DNA of 64,000 nucleotides from Octopus bimaculoides (Eukaryota). This document shows positions 1 through 12,315 of the stretch, in pieces. The stretch is from the NCBI RefSeq assembly GCF_001194135.2, contig NC_069007.1:5585296-5649295 (forward strand). The letters are read 5' to 3'. The notes under the pieces are model-generated. The model was not told the origin of the DNA and searched no databases. It saw only the letters and a program-made list of their open reading frames with translations. Position 1 is the stretch's first letter; every line of letters begins with the position of its first letter. The position numbers and the translations under genes were made by a program.

Positions 1-297
1 AAGTAATGAGTTCAATTCTTGGACTGAGCTATGTTCTTGAGCAAGACACTTTATTTCACATTGCTCCACTTCACTCAGCTGTAGAAATGAGTTGCGATGT
101 CACAGGTGCCAAGCTGTATCGGCCCTTGCCTTTTCCCTTGGATAACATCAGTGGCATGGAGAGATGGGAGGCTGGTATGCATGGGAAACTGCTGGTCTTC
201 CGTAAACGACCTTGCCTGGACTTGTGCCTTGGAGGGGAACTTTCTAGGTGCAATCCCATGGTCATTCATGACCAAAAGAGGTCTCTTACCCTCTTTT
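1..297 (+). mobile_element. SINE family F copy (tRNA-type head cut by window edge)
   Basis: B-box-like GAGTTCAATTC, then CTTGAGCAAGACACTTTATTTCACATTGCTCCA body; same body at 29062-29365 (+) and 48325-48545 (-). Confidence 0.8.
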
Positions 298-337
298 GAT
301 TGTTAATGTTAAAGGCACAGACACGGATGTGTAGGGA

Positions 338-1050
338 CAGGTATGTCTATGTGGTAAGAACTTTTCTCTCCAGTAACATGGTTCTCCGTTCAGTCACACT
401 GTGTGACACCTTGGGCAAGTATCTTCTACTGCAGCCTCAGGCTGACCAAAGACTTTTGAGCGGAGTTGGCTGACAGAAACTTATATATATACACCCCCCC
501 CCCACACACACAGACATATGGTTCAAATGTGCAAAAACAAAAGACAGAGAGAGGGAGCAGGGAACAAGAAGCAGGTGTATTAGTTTGATGCTCAAGAAAA
601 TGGAAAAGTCTTTGACATTTGATGCCTACACTCTTTGACAGAAAGGGATGAGAGGAAAAAATGGAGAGAAAAAGGAAAAACAGAGAGAAAATAATGTCAG
701 GATTCACCGTGTGTGTGTCTGTGTGTTTGTGTCTGTGTGTTTGTGTGTGTATGTCTGTGTGTGTTTGTGTATGTGTCTTGTGCATATGTCTGCGTGGGTT
801 TGCATGTGTGTCTGTGTGTGTTTCTCTGTGTGTGTTTGTGTGTGTGTGTGTGTGTGTGTCTGGCTGTGTGTGTGTGTGTGTGTGTCTGAGATTGTATCTG
901 TGTGTGTGTGTGTGTGTGTGTGTATCTGTCTGTGTGTGTTTGTGTGTGTGTGTCTGTGTTTGTTCTCCACTGCTACTTGACAATTGGTGTTGATAGGCAG
1001 TGCTCCAGCATGGCAACAGTTTACTGACTAAAACAAGTAAAAGATAAAAG
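338..1050 (+). mobile_element. Old SINE family A copy with expanded (TG)n core and an inserted module at ~540-700
   Basis: Head GTGGTAAG..GGTTCTCCGTTCAGT..CACCTTGGGCAAGT, tail GTGCTCCAGCATGG..AAACAAGTAAAAGA match the young family A copies. Confidence 0.7.
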
Positions 1051-1661
1051 ATTGCAAGGTGGCACAATCACTAGCATGTCAGGCTACTTGGTGATATTTC
1101 TTTTGACTCATGATGTTCTGAGTTCAAATTCTGTTGAGGTCGATGGTGCCTTTCACTCTTTTGGAGTTGATAAAATAATTACCTGTTGAGCAGTGGTGGT
1201 GGTGGNNNNNNNNNNNNNNNNNNNNNNNNNNNNNNNNNNNNNNNNNNNNNNNNNNNNNNNNNNNNNNNNNNNNNNNNNNNNNNNNNNNNNNNNNNNNNNN
1301 NNNNNNNNNNNNNNNNNNNNNNNNNNNNNNNNNNNNNNNNNNNNNNNNNNNNNNNNNNNNNNNNNNNNNNNNNNNNNNNNNNNNNNNNNNNNNNNNNNNN
1401 NNNNNNNNNNNNNNNNNNNNNNNNNNNNNNNNNNNNNNNNNNNNNNNNNNNNNNNNNNNNNNNNNNNNNNNNNNNNNNNNNNNNNNNNNNNNNNNNNNNN
1501 NNNNNNNNNNNNNNNNNNNNNNNNNNNNNNNNNNNNNNNNNNNNNNNNNNNNNNNNNNNNNNNNNNNNNNNNNNNNNNNNNNNNNNNNNNNNNNNNNNNN
1601 NNNNNNNNNNNNNNNNNNNNNNNNNNNNNNNNNNNNNNNNNNNNNNNNNNNNNNNNNNNNN

Positions 1662-1702
<41 letters not shown>

Positions 1703-1764
1703 TTACTTATTTCAAAAGAAATGTAGAGAGTTTAAATCTTTTCATACAAGCCTAACGGGGACTG

Positions 1765-2230
1765 TCCTTGGTTTCACCTGAGATTGTTCCAGGCTCTATA
1801 ATACAAAATTCCTGTTTCAAACTGATCTAAATTAACATCTTCCATCAAAATTTCATGTTATTTTACGTTACAAACACTAGCATAACAACAACAACAACAA
1901 CAACAATGTTATTTTACTAAATTCTTCATTATTTTCAAAATTAATTTGTACAAATATTTTGTATTTCAACAGAAATATGGTAATTAAAAGATTGATACGG
2001 ACAGAATTACTTTCACTAGAGTCTTCATTAGTTTCAAAACTGACAGAAACAAAGACAGTGTTTTTGAGCAGAAATATGGTAATAAAAGGGTTAACCGTTT
2101 CTATGCCAATCTGGCTAAAGACCACCTTTCATTTGCTGATAAAATTTTAAAGTGATCTGAATTAAAACCTTCAATCAAAATTTCATGTTTGTTTATATTT
2201 TAAACATCAGCTTAATGATGATGAAGTTAC
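1765..2230. mobile_element. piggyBac-like MITE (family G), tandem dimer joined at TTAA 2091-2094
   Basis: Junction AAAGGG-TTAA-CCGTTT; internal AAAATTTCATGTT motif present in both halves and at 3095-3345 and 21535-21988. Confidence 0.55.
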
Positions 2231-2317
2231 ATTTATGCATTTGTTTTGCAAGATTCCTGACGTGAAAAAGGTGTGTTGAAACAGATATTGTCATATTTCA
2301 GAACGATCATTTTTCTT

Positions 2318-2353
<36 letters not shown>

Positions 2354-2415
2354 ATAGTGTGTGTGTTTATTTGGCAAAAGAAAAAAAATGACCACCCCAA
2401 AATATAACAATAATT

Positions 2416-2635
2416 CTCTTTTATTCTCTTTTGCTTGTTTCAGTCATTTGACTGTGGCCATGCTGCAGCACCGCCTTTAGTCGAATCAAATCAACCCCGG
2501 GACTTATTCTTTGTAAGCCTAGTACTTATTCTATCGGTCTCTGAACCGCTAAGTTACGGGGACGTAAACACACCAGCATCAGTTGCCAAGCGATGTTGGG
2601 GTGACAAACACAGACACACAAAGATATACACACAC

Positions 2636-2718
<83 letters not shown>

Positions 2719-2907
2719 NNNNNNNNNNNNNNNNNNNNNNNNNNNNNNNNNNNNNNNNNNNNNNNNNNNNNNNNNNNNNNACAAGGCTTTGGTCAGCGTG
2801 AGGCTACAGTAGAAGACACTTGCCCAAGGTGCCACGCAGTGGGACTGAACCCGGAACCATGTGGTTGGTAAGCAAGCTACTTACCACACAGCCACTCCTA
2901 CGCCTAC
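2416..2907 (-). mobile_element. SINE family A, young full-length copy (internal gap)
   Basis: Reverse complement of 7893-8292 with high identity; tRNA-like head at right, CTCTTTTA tail at left. Confidence 0.9.
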
Positions 2908-3094
2908 ATAGGATGAAGTTTTTTTACTAAATTATTCATAATTTTAAAAAATTATTGGAAAAAGAAAGAGCAGTGTATTTCTTAGATTCATCTATTAATG
3001 AGTAGGAGATAATCTTGCTTCATGAAAAATGTAATTCTTGGGTAAAATCCACTGGAAACGGCCACTGATTCTACAATAAAATTTTTTTTTTTTT

Positions 3095-3345
3095 AAGTTC
3101 TCTAAATTCAAATCTTCCATGAAAATGTCATGCTAATTTATATCCCAAACACCAGCTTAATAATGACAAAGTTGTTTTACAAAATTCTTCATAATTTTGA
3201 AAAACTGATTATAATAAAGGCAATGTATTTAAATAGAAGCATGATAACAAAAGGGTTAAGCCTTTTCATGCCTAAGACTACCTTGGTTCTGTGATACAAA
3301 CTCCTTGTTTTAAAGTGACTTAAAAAATCTTCATTCTAGTTATTT
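3095..3345. mobile_element. piggyBac-like MITE family G, second dimer (TTAA 3256-3259)
   Basis: GATAACAAAAGGG-TTAA end followed directly by the start of another copy (GGTTCTGTGATACAAACTCC). Confidence 0.5.
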
Positions 3346-3931
3346 AATTTGCTAAAAATACCAACCAAATCTCTATATAAACACACTCTGCATTATTCAT
3401 TTAAAAAGGAAAAACATTGATTACTGTTTTGCTATGGTGATGGTCTCATCTGGAATGTGTTTCATGATAGATTTGTTCAAGGAAGTCTGACCAATGGTTA
3501 AACGACGACAACGACAACGACAGCGACAACAACAACAACGGTAAGAATAAATATCAGTTCTTCAATGATGCCAAAGCACTGATATGATATATTTATTTTT
3601 TTGATCTTCTAAGTATCAAACTTTCAAATATCCTATACTCCAAGACAGTCTTATCACAAAATTCTCTTGTTACCATTTTTGTATTTTCCTTTGTTATCTA
3701 TGATTTTGTCTCTATTGATAAACGTATCTATTTTTAAAATAAAGATAGCAATGAAAGTCTCTAAATATCACGGTGTACAGAAGAATATTCTGCCTCAAAC
3801 TAGTTTTGGTAAATAAATTATTTCGAAGGTTTGTGTTTTCTTTTAGTGTTTTTGTTTCTCCCAGTTTTGGTCGTTCCGCTAGTGTGTGACAAAATAACTT
3901 GGTTCATTTTGCAATATATTCTATGAAAAGT

Positions 3932-3986
<55 letters not shown>

Positions 3987-3998
3987 CATGTATGTATG

Positions 3999-4050
<52 letters not shown>

Positions 4051-4075
4051 CATGTATGCATATATATGTATGTAT

Positions 4076-4597
4076 ATTGGACACTAAACTCAGCTTGCGA
4101 AGACCTGTTGAGGCAAGTGAAAGCGAAATCGTGATGGCACCTGTACCAGTGGAGCGCTAACAGCACTGTCCGAGCGTGATCATTGCCAGAGCAACTGTCT
4201 GGCTTCCGTGCCAGTGACACGTAAATAACACCATTTGAGTGTAATCGTTACCAGCGTCGCCTTCCTGGCACTTGTGCTGGTGACACGTGAAAAGACATTC
4301 GAGCGAGATCGTTGCCAGTGCCAATGGACTGGCTCCTGTGCAGGTGGCACATAAAATACACCATTTTGAGCGTGGCCGTTGCCAGTACCGCCTGACTGGC
4401 CTTCATGCCGGTGGTACGTAAAAGCACCCACTACACACTCAGAGTGGTTGGCATTATTAAGGGCATCCAGCTGTAGAATCTCTGCCAAATCAGATTGGAG
4501 CCTGGTGTAGCCATCTGGATTACCAGTCCTCAGTCAAACCGTCCAACCCATGCTAGCATGGAAAACGGACGTTAAACGATGATGATGATGATGATGA
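4076..4597 (+). mobile_element. Family C non-autonomous retroelement (RTE 3' UTR-derived, internal ~65-bp tandem units, (GAT)n tail)
   Basis: Tail GGCATCCAGCTGTAG..CCAACCCATGCTAGCATGGAAAACGGACGTTAAACGATGATG also ends the RTE fragment at 10551-11140; repeated CAC(G/A)TAAAA..GCCAG units. Confidence 0.85.
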
Positions 4598-4606
4598 TAT
4601 ATATGT

Positions 4607-4807
4607 ACAGGGTGGTGCAAAAATAGGTGTACAATTATGAAAAAAGAAAACTTGTACAATACTCATCTATTTTTGTCAAAAATATTAGAAGTTATGATAA
4701 AAGTACTATTAAGATTAATGACACCGAAAATATCAAAAATAAGGCTAACTTATGATTTTTGGATAAACATAAATGAATATTGTATCTGCTTTCTTTTTTC
4801 ATAACTG
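4607..4807. mobile_element. Possible Tc1/mariner-superfamily terminus (TA-CAGGGTG), runs into gap
   Basis: TA followed by CAGGGTGGTGCAAAAATAGG; no partner TIR visible. Confidence 0.3.
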
Positions 4808-5556
4808 NNNNNNNNNNNNNNNNNNNNNNNNNNNNNNNNNNNNNNNNNNNNNNNNNNNNNNNNNNNNNNNNNNNNNNNNNNNNNNNNNNNNNNNNNNNNN
4901 NNNNNNNNNNNNNNNNNNNNNNNNNNNNNNNNNNNNNNNNNNNNNNNNNNNNNNNNNNNNNNNNNNNNNNNNNNNNNNNNNNNNNNNNNNNNNNNNNNNN
5001 NNNNNNNNNNNNNNNNNNNNNNNNNNNNNNNNNNNNNNNNNNNNNNNNNNNNNNNNNNNNNNNNNNNNNNNNNNNNNNNNNNNNNNNNNNNNNNNNNNNN
5101 NNNNNNNNNNNNNNNNNNNNNNNNNNNNNNNNNNNNNNNNNNNNNNNNNNNNNNNNNNNNNNNNNNNNNNNNNNNNNNNNNNNNNNNNNNNNNNNNNNNN
5201 NNNNNNNNNNNNNNNNNNNNNNNNNNNNNNNNNNNNNNNNNNNNNNNNNNNNNNNNNNNNNNNNNNNNNNNNNNNNNNNNNNNNNNNNNNNNNNNNNNNN
5301 NNNNNNNNNNNNNNNNNNNNNNNNNNNNNNNNNNNNNNNNNNNNNNNNNNNNNNNNNNNNNNNNNNNNNNNNNNNNNNNNNNNNNNNNNNNNNNNNNNNN
5401 NNNNNNNNNNNNNNNNNNNNNNNNNNNNNNNNNNNNNNNNNNNNNNNNNNNNNNNNNNNNNNNNNNNNNNNNNNNNNNNNNNNNNNNNNNNNNNNNNNNN
5501 NNNGTAATAAATCGATATTAATTAATATCTGATTTTTTACCCTATGTTTTAATTAA

Positions 5557-5593
<37 letters not shown>

Positions 5594-6274
5594 TAAAATG
5601 GCTATTTCTGTCACTCTGTGGTATTCTAATCTCTCACCTGGCTCTCAGCCACTTTCCTTGGTTCCATTCCCTCTCTCAGCTACAAGCCTTTGCTTGTATA
5701 TTACTTCAAGTTCCTACTTATGCTTGTGCCATGTAAAAATCTTCCCAGTACACTCTGTAAAGTGGGGTTGGCATTAGAGAAGGGCATCCAACCACAGAAG
5801 TCATGTCTTAACAGACAATTGGACCCTTGTGCAGCTCTCTGGCTTGTCAAACTGCCCATCCCATGCCAGCATGGAAAACGAACATTAAATGCTGATGATA
5901 ATGATGATGATGCTGATGTGCATGTGCTCGTGTTTGTGTGTGTATAATTAAATATATGTATGCAGATGTGAGAGTGTTTGTGTGAGTGTATGTACCTTTG
6001 TTTTGATTTTATATGATGGTCGTAAACGAGTGCCACCATCATACAAGTGCTGTCCTTCATTTCCAATCTGTCATGAAAACATGTCTGGCCATGGGAGATA
6101 ATACTACCTTATTTTGAAAACAAGTGAGGGTTGGCAACAGGAAGAGCATCCGGTCCTGGAAAATATACCTCCATGAATTCCATCTGTGCTATGCAAGCAT
6201 GGAAATGTGTACATTAAACCAATGGTGATGACAATGTGTATGTCATCATCATTCTCATTATTATTTAATGTCAG

Positions 6275-6465
6275 CTTTAAATATAAAATTTGGGGGGAAT
6301 CCATGGATGCAATATAGTAAATTGGGGTCCATGGTAATCTTTCTTGGGCCATGAAAAAATTGTTCTTCAGAGCAGTAAAGTTTATGTGCAATAAACATCA
6401 AATGGCTATGGGTGTTCACACATGTAAAAGAGGAATCAAAGGGGTCTATAGGTTGAGGACCCCTG
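6275..6465. mobile_element. hAT-like MITE fragment
   Basis: End GGTTGAGGACCCCTG resembles CAGGGGTTCTCAACC termini; related GGGGTCCA-rich pieces at 52210-52452, 52615-52690 and 54803-55035. Confidence 0.4.
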
Positions 6466-6890
6466 CAATGGATGGTTTGGCAGAAGACTGCCACTAGGCT
6501 TCACTGTCTGTTTTGGAAAGGTTTTTTTTTATGGCTGGACACCCTTCCTAACACCAAGTGCCTTACAGAATGGATTGAGTGCTTTTTATGAGGCACCAGT
6601 ACCAGTGAGGTGTGTTTTGGCAAGGGCTTTTTACAGCTGGATGCCCTTCCAAATACCAACCCCTTTACAGTGTGGTCTGGATGCTTTTTATGTAACACCA
6701 TCACTGTTGGGGGGTCAGCGACGAAGTTGCAAGACAAAGATCCTTTGAGTAGGGGGATCTTTGGAGAAGGTGGCTTTGTGTCAGGTGATGAGAGGTTAAA
6801 GCATAACAGAGGAACAGAAACAGGTGTCTTGCTGTCAAGGAGATAAATGGTTAACCAATCCATATATATATATATATATATACATACATA

Positions 6891-6938
<48 letters not shown>

Positions 6939-7499
6939 GGGTATATTTTTCAAAAAGTATAGTTAAATATGACTAAATTAGTTCTGTTTTTCTGATCTAA
7001 AGAGAATAGATTTATCAGTAATGTCTCTATAATTTATAGCACTAAAATACATCTACATAAGTCTTTTTTATCTTATTCTTTATTCTTTACGAGATTACTA
7101 ATCAATATTATGCTATTGTGTTGATATTCTATTCCAATAAAAGATGAAATAAGAAATGAGAACACAAGAGATTCAGGTGTGACTGAGTGGTAAGGAGCTT
7201 GCTTCTGAACCACATGGTTCTTAGTCTCACTGCATGGAACCTTGGAAAAGTGTCTTCCATGATAGCCTTGGACTGACCAAAGCCTTACAAGTGAATTTGG
7301 TAGACCTCATTGTTGAGAAGGAAACTTCTTAACCATTCAGCTGTACAGTACCAACACGTAAGTATTATGGATCAATTGACGGCTACAGAAAATAAAATTT
7401 GCCCACAGTGCCATATAGTAGAATTGAACCTAGGAACTTGTTGTAATGAAGTGAGCTTGATAACCATTCAGCTATACCTCACCTACATGCAAATATTCT

Positions 7500-7875
7500 T
7501 TTATTCTGATTGTTTTAGTTATTTGACTGCAGCCATGCCTTGGAGAATTTTTAGATAAAGGAATCAAAGTACTTAATTTTTGTTAAGCCTGGTATTTATT
7601 CTATCAGTCTCTTTAGCTGAACTGCTAAGTTATGGGGACATAAACACACTGATACCAGTTGCCAGGCTGTGCTGGGAGACAGACAGGCAGACACATACAC
7701 ACATGCGTGCGCAGATATATATGATGGGCTTCTGTCAGTTTCTGTCTACCAAATCCACTCACAAGGTTTTGGTCAGTTCAAGGATATAGCTGAAGACACT
7801 TGTCCAAGGTGTCATGCAGTGGCACTGAACCCAGAACGATGTTTTGGGGAAGCAAACCTTTTACCACACAGCCAT
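7500..7875 (-). mobile_element. SINE family A, older copy, head-to-head with 7893-8292
   Basis: Diverged reverse complement of family A. Confidence 0.8.
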
Positions 7876-7892
7876 GTCTACAAATATACAGC

Positions 7893-8292
7893 GCAGGAGT
7901 GGCTGTGTGGTAAGTAGCTTGCTTACCAACCACGTGGTCTGGGTTCAGTCCCACTGCATGGCAACTTAGGCAAGTGTCTTCTACTGCAGCCTTGGGCCAA
8001 CCAAAGCCTTGTGAGTGGATTTGGTAGACGGAAACTAAAAGAAGCCCATTGTATATATGTATATGTATATATGCGTGTGTTTGTGTGTCTGTGTTTGTCC
8101 CCCCAACATCGCTTGACAACCGATGCTGGTGTGTTTACGTCCTAGTAACTTAGCGGTTCGATAAAAAAAAAGACCGATAGAATAAGTACTAGGCTTACAA
8201 AGAATAAGTCCTGGGGTCGATATGCTCGACTAAAGGCGGTGCTCCAGCATGGCCACAGTCAAAAGACTGAAACAAGTAAAAGAGTAAAAGAG
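7893..8292 (+). mobile_element. SINE family A, young full-length copy
   Basis: A-box-like TGGCTGTGTGG, B-box-like GGTTCAGTCCC, central TA/TG microsatellite, tail (AGTAAAAG)2. Confidence 0.9.
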
Positions 8293-9207
8293 TATATATA
8301 TACACCTACTTATACATATATATTTGAAAAGTATTCTTGTCATGCCGCATTGGTGTATCTCAAGCAATACAGTTTAACTGCAGAGACGGTGACTTCACAG
8401 TTAAACTTGGTTTATTATGGCGGGGTGTGAGAAGCCGATATTAACAAAACGAGAACATATCTCGTTGTTTAGCTAACATTGGCTACTTACTCTACAACAA
8501 ATGTTATAAACTGCATAAAACTGCAAGAAATACTGCAGTACCTACTTCGTGAACAATATAAATATATACGAGCTAAGAAGAGAAAAGAAAAGAAAGGAAA
8601 AATCTACTCGACAAAAACAAAATAAAACCTAACGAACCCTGATTGTGAAATTACGAGGAGTTTATCTTTAAGTAAGATTCTGGACAGTGAGAACTTGGTT
8701 TAGTTTAGTTGTGTATGTCTTGTTCTCTAATCTTTAAAATGTTGAATTAACCATGGCAAATAGCCAAGGAGTTGTCATGGTTTTCGCACTTTGCATTGCT
8801 ACCACCATCAGCATTATCATGGCGTTTGTATTGATTTAGTATCTTCTCCCTCTTTCTGCTTCGCTCTTCTTCGCTTATGATACAAGCAAAGTAGAAGCAT
8901 TTAACAAAAGACTGTGGCGTGTGCATAACTGATAAATCTGAATCAGTAATACAATTATGAGCAATAGGTGCAGGTGTGGTTGTGTGGGTTAATGGGTTAA
9001 GAAATATTGCTTTGCCATTCTCATGGGTTTTGGGTTCAGTCCCATTGTGTGGTACCAATGACAAATATGTCTTCTTTTTTTTTTTACTAAAGCCACTAGG
9101 GATGAAAAACTTTTCAGTAGATTTGGTAGGCAGAAACTGAATGGAACTTGTTTTATCCATCCATACATACATATACATGCATTACATATAAATACATGCA
9201 TGGGCAT

Positions 9208-9254
<47 letters not shown>

Positions 9255-9344
9255 CACATAAATGTATAAAATATATGTTGCTAGACAGAAGATATAAATA
9301 CATAAATTATACGCGCACACACACACACACATATTATCATAATC

Positions 9345-9690
9345 ATCATCATCAACATTTAATGTCTGCTTTCTATGCTGGCATGGGTTACACTGTTTTA
9401 CCGGAACTGGTAAGCTGGAGAGCTGCACCAGGCTCCAATCTGATTTGGCAGAGTTTCTACAGCTGGATGCCCTTCCTAATGCCAACCACTCCGAGAGTGT
9501 AGTGGGTGCTTTTACATGCCACCGGCACGAAGGCCAGTCAGGCGGTACTGGCAACGGCCATGCTCAAAATGGTGTATTCTATGTGTCACCTGCATGGGAC
9601 TCAGTCGAGCGGTACTGGCAATGACCTCGCTCAAATGTCTTTTCAAATGCCACCGGCACAAGTACCAGGAAGGCGATGCTGGTAATGATC
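9345..9690 (-). mobile_element. Family C copy
   Basis: (CAT)n plus TTTAATGTCTGCTTTCTATGCTGGCATGGG tail and GTGCCACCGGCAC units. Confidence 0.8.
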
Positions 9691-9703
9691 TTATTATTAT
9701 TAT

Positions 9704-9893
9704 TGAGTGAGAGAGCAGTGCATGGCATCAAAGTGACACTGAGGTACAAATATATGAAATCCAGTATACCCATCTTAACTACCTGTCTGATAAGGGTACA
9801 CCAGGCACATGCATCACAACCATATGTGCGCGACATGGTAATTTCATATCAAGATAAACAGCACACGACCTTGCAGGTGGGGCCCAGTTAGAA
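9704..9893 (-). mobile_element. Family E, strongly 5'-truncated copy
   Basis: Matches the TGAGTGAGAGAGCAGTG end of 16703-17244; abuts (ATT)n. Confidence 0.8.
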
Positions 9894-10115
9894 ATCATTG
9901 GTGTATCAGACAGAATGCTTAGGTAGCATTTCATTTAGCTCTTTCCACCCTGATTTCAAATTAAGCTAAGGTCAATTTTACCATTCATCAATCCAGGGTG
10001 TATAAGACCCAAAACCAGTTCGGCACTGAGATTGATGTAATCAACCTCTCACCTCTTCAAAATTGTTGGCCTAGCCTCATACTAAAATGAGGGAGGATTA
10101 TTATTATTATTATTA

Positions 10116-10165
<50 letters not shown>

Positions 10166-10166
<1 letters not shown>

Positions 10167-10547
10167 GGAGTGGCTGTGTGGTAAGTAGCTTGCTTACCGA
10201 CCACATGGTTCCGGGTTCAGTCCCACTGTGTAGCACCTTGGGCAAGTGTCTTCTACTATAGCCTCAGGCCGACCAAAGCCTTGTGAGTGGATTTGTTAGA
10301 CAGAAACGGAAAGAAGCCCGTCGTATATATGTATATATATGTGTGTTTGTGTGTCTGTGTTTGTCCTCCCCACATTGTTTGACAACCGATGCTTGTGTGT
10401 TTACGTCCCCGTAACTTAGCGGTTCGGCAAAAGAGACCAATAGAATAAGTACTAGGCTTACAAAGAATAAGTCCTGGGGTCGATTTGCTCGACTAAAGGT
10501 GGTGCTCCAGCATGACCACAGTCACATGACTGAAACAAGTAAAAGAG
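10166..10547 (+). mobile_element. SINE family A, young full-length copy
   Basis: Near-identical to 7893-8292 and 51588-51986. Confidence 0.9.
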
Positions 10548-10550
10548 AAA

Positions 10551-11140
10551 TTGTAACTGCGAAGGACATGTGTAGACTTGAAAGAAATGAAGCTAGCATG
10601 CTTTGTTGGATGGGCAAAGTCAGTGTGTATGTATGACAGAGAGTAAGGATCCTAGTTGGGCATAAGAGGCATCAGATGTGGTGTGCAAGAGAGCCAACTG
10701 CACTGGTATGGTCATGTGATGTGTATGGGTGAGGGCAGTTGTGTAAAGAGGTGCTGATCTCTAACTGTGGAGAGAACTCGTGGAAGAGGTAGACCCAGGA
10801 AATCATTGCGATGAGGTGATAAAGCATAATCTTCAAATGTTGGGCCTCTTGGTGATCAAGACCTCTAGCAGTATGTCATGCTTCAGAAGACCCATGAAGC
10901 CAAGTGAAATTACAGTCATGGCAGATACTAGTGTCATCCAACTAGCATCTGTGCTAGTGGAACAAAAAAGCACTTATTATACTTTTGGAGTGGTCAGTAT
11001 TAGGAAAGGCATCCAGCAGTAGGAACCATGTCAAATCAGACTGGAGTTGGTGGAACCCCTCAGCTTGCCAGCCCTGGTTAGACCATTCAACCCATGCCAG
11101 CTTGGACAACAGATGTGAAAAGATGATGATGATGATGATG
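10551..11140 (+). mobile_element. RTE-clade LINE 3' end (decayed ORF C-terminus plus 3' UTR, (GAT)n tail)
   Basis: Translates with stops and frameshifts to RLERNEASMLCWM..LGIRGIRCGVQESQLHWYGHVM..RGRGRPRK, the RTE C-terminal W(Y/F)GHV / RGRGRPRK signature. Confidence 0.85.
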
Positions 11141-11151
11141 TTAATTATTAT

Positions 11152-11696
11152 TGGGTAAGAGCGCAGTGCATGCCATCAAAGTGACACTAGGGTACACATA
11201 TACGAATCCCAATAGACCCATCATGACTACCCATCTGATAAGGGTACACCAGACACATGCATCACAACCATATGTGCGCGACATGACGATCTCATATCAA
11301 GATAAATAGCTCATGACCTTGCGGGTGGGACCCAGTTAGAATTTTCTTCAGGTCAAGTAGTCCATCCCGCTCAAAAGGTCCCTGAATAAGGTTTGTTTAA
11401 GGATGTTGAGCAAAACACCCATGTTTCCAAAGGGGAATTATTCAAACCCCAAAGAATTCCTNNNNNNNNNNAAAGGTCCCTGAATAAGGTTTGTTTAAGG
11501 ATGTTGAGCAAAACACCCATGTTTCCAAAGGGGAATTATTCAAACCCCAAAGAATTCCTCTCAACACATGGCTATGATGCTCCCCCACCACTTTTGCTCA
11601 TGATCAGAGACGCACATATCATTAGCACCAAGGGACATGCTCAACTGGTTAAGGTCAAACAACTGACAAGCAAATCTGTGATATTGTGCAGAATAT
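11152..11696 (-). mobile_element. Family E copy, partly 5'-truncated (contains an assembly duplication across the N10 gap)
   Basis: Collinear with 16703-17165; (ATT)n on both flanks. Confidence 0.85.
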
Positions 11697-11701
11697 TATT
11701 A

Positions 11702-11736
<35 letters not shown>

Positions 11737-11998
11737 GTTATTGTTGTTGTTATTATTATTATTACTGGTGATGATGATGATGTTACAAGCCCTGACAGAT
11801 GTCACAAATGATTTTGTTTTGCTATTCGTTTGTGCCAANNNNNNNNNNNNNNNNNNNNNNNNNNNNNNNNNNNNNNNNNNNNNNNNNNNNNNNNNNNNNN
11901 NNNNNNNNNNNNNNNNNNNNNNNNNNNNNNNNNNNNNNNNNNNNNNNNNNNNNNNNNNNNNNNNNNNNNNNNNNNNNNNNNNNNNNNNNNNNNNNNNN

Positions 11999-12058
<60 letters not shown>

Positions 12059-12162
12059 TGTGTGTGTGTATGTGTGTGTGTGTGTGTGAATATATACAGA
12101 TATAGGTTTTGTATACGAAACAGTATGAATGGAGCAAAGTACTAGATATATATGTGTGTATA

Positions 12163-12202
<40 letters not shown>

Positions 12203-12270
12203 NNNNNNNNNNNNNNNNNNNNNNNNNNNNNNNNNNNNNNNNNNNNNNNNNNNNNNNNNNNNNNNNNNNN

Positions 12271-12315
<45 letters not shown>

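Noticed and set aside
8491-8572. Minus-strand 82-nt exon candidate
   Set aside because: Plausible splice sites and one open frame, but no recognisable peptide; such motifs arise often by chance in AT-rich DNA
11374-11559. 88-bp direct repeat around an N10 gap
   Set aside because: Identical sequence on both sides of a placeholder gap inside family E; other copies have it once, so it is a contig-overlap artefact
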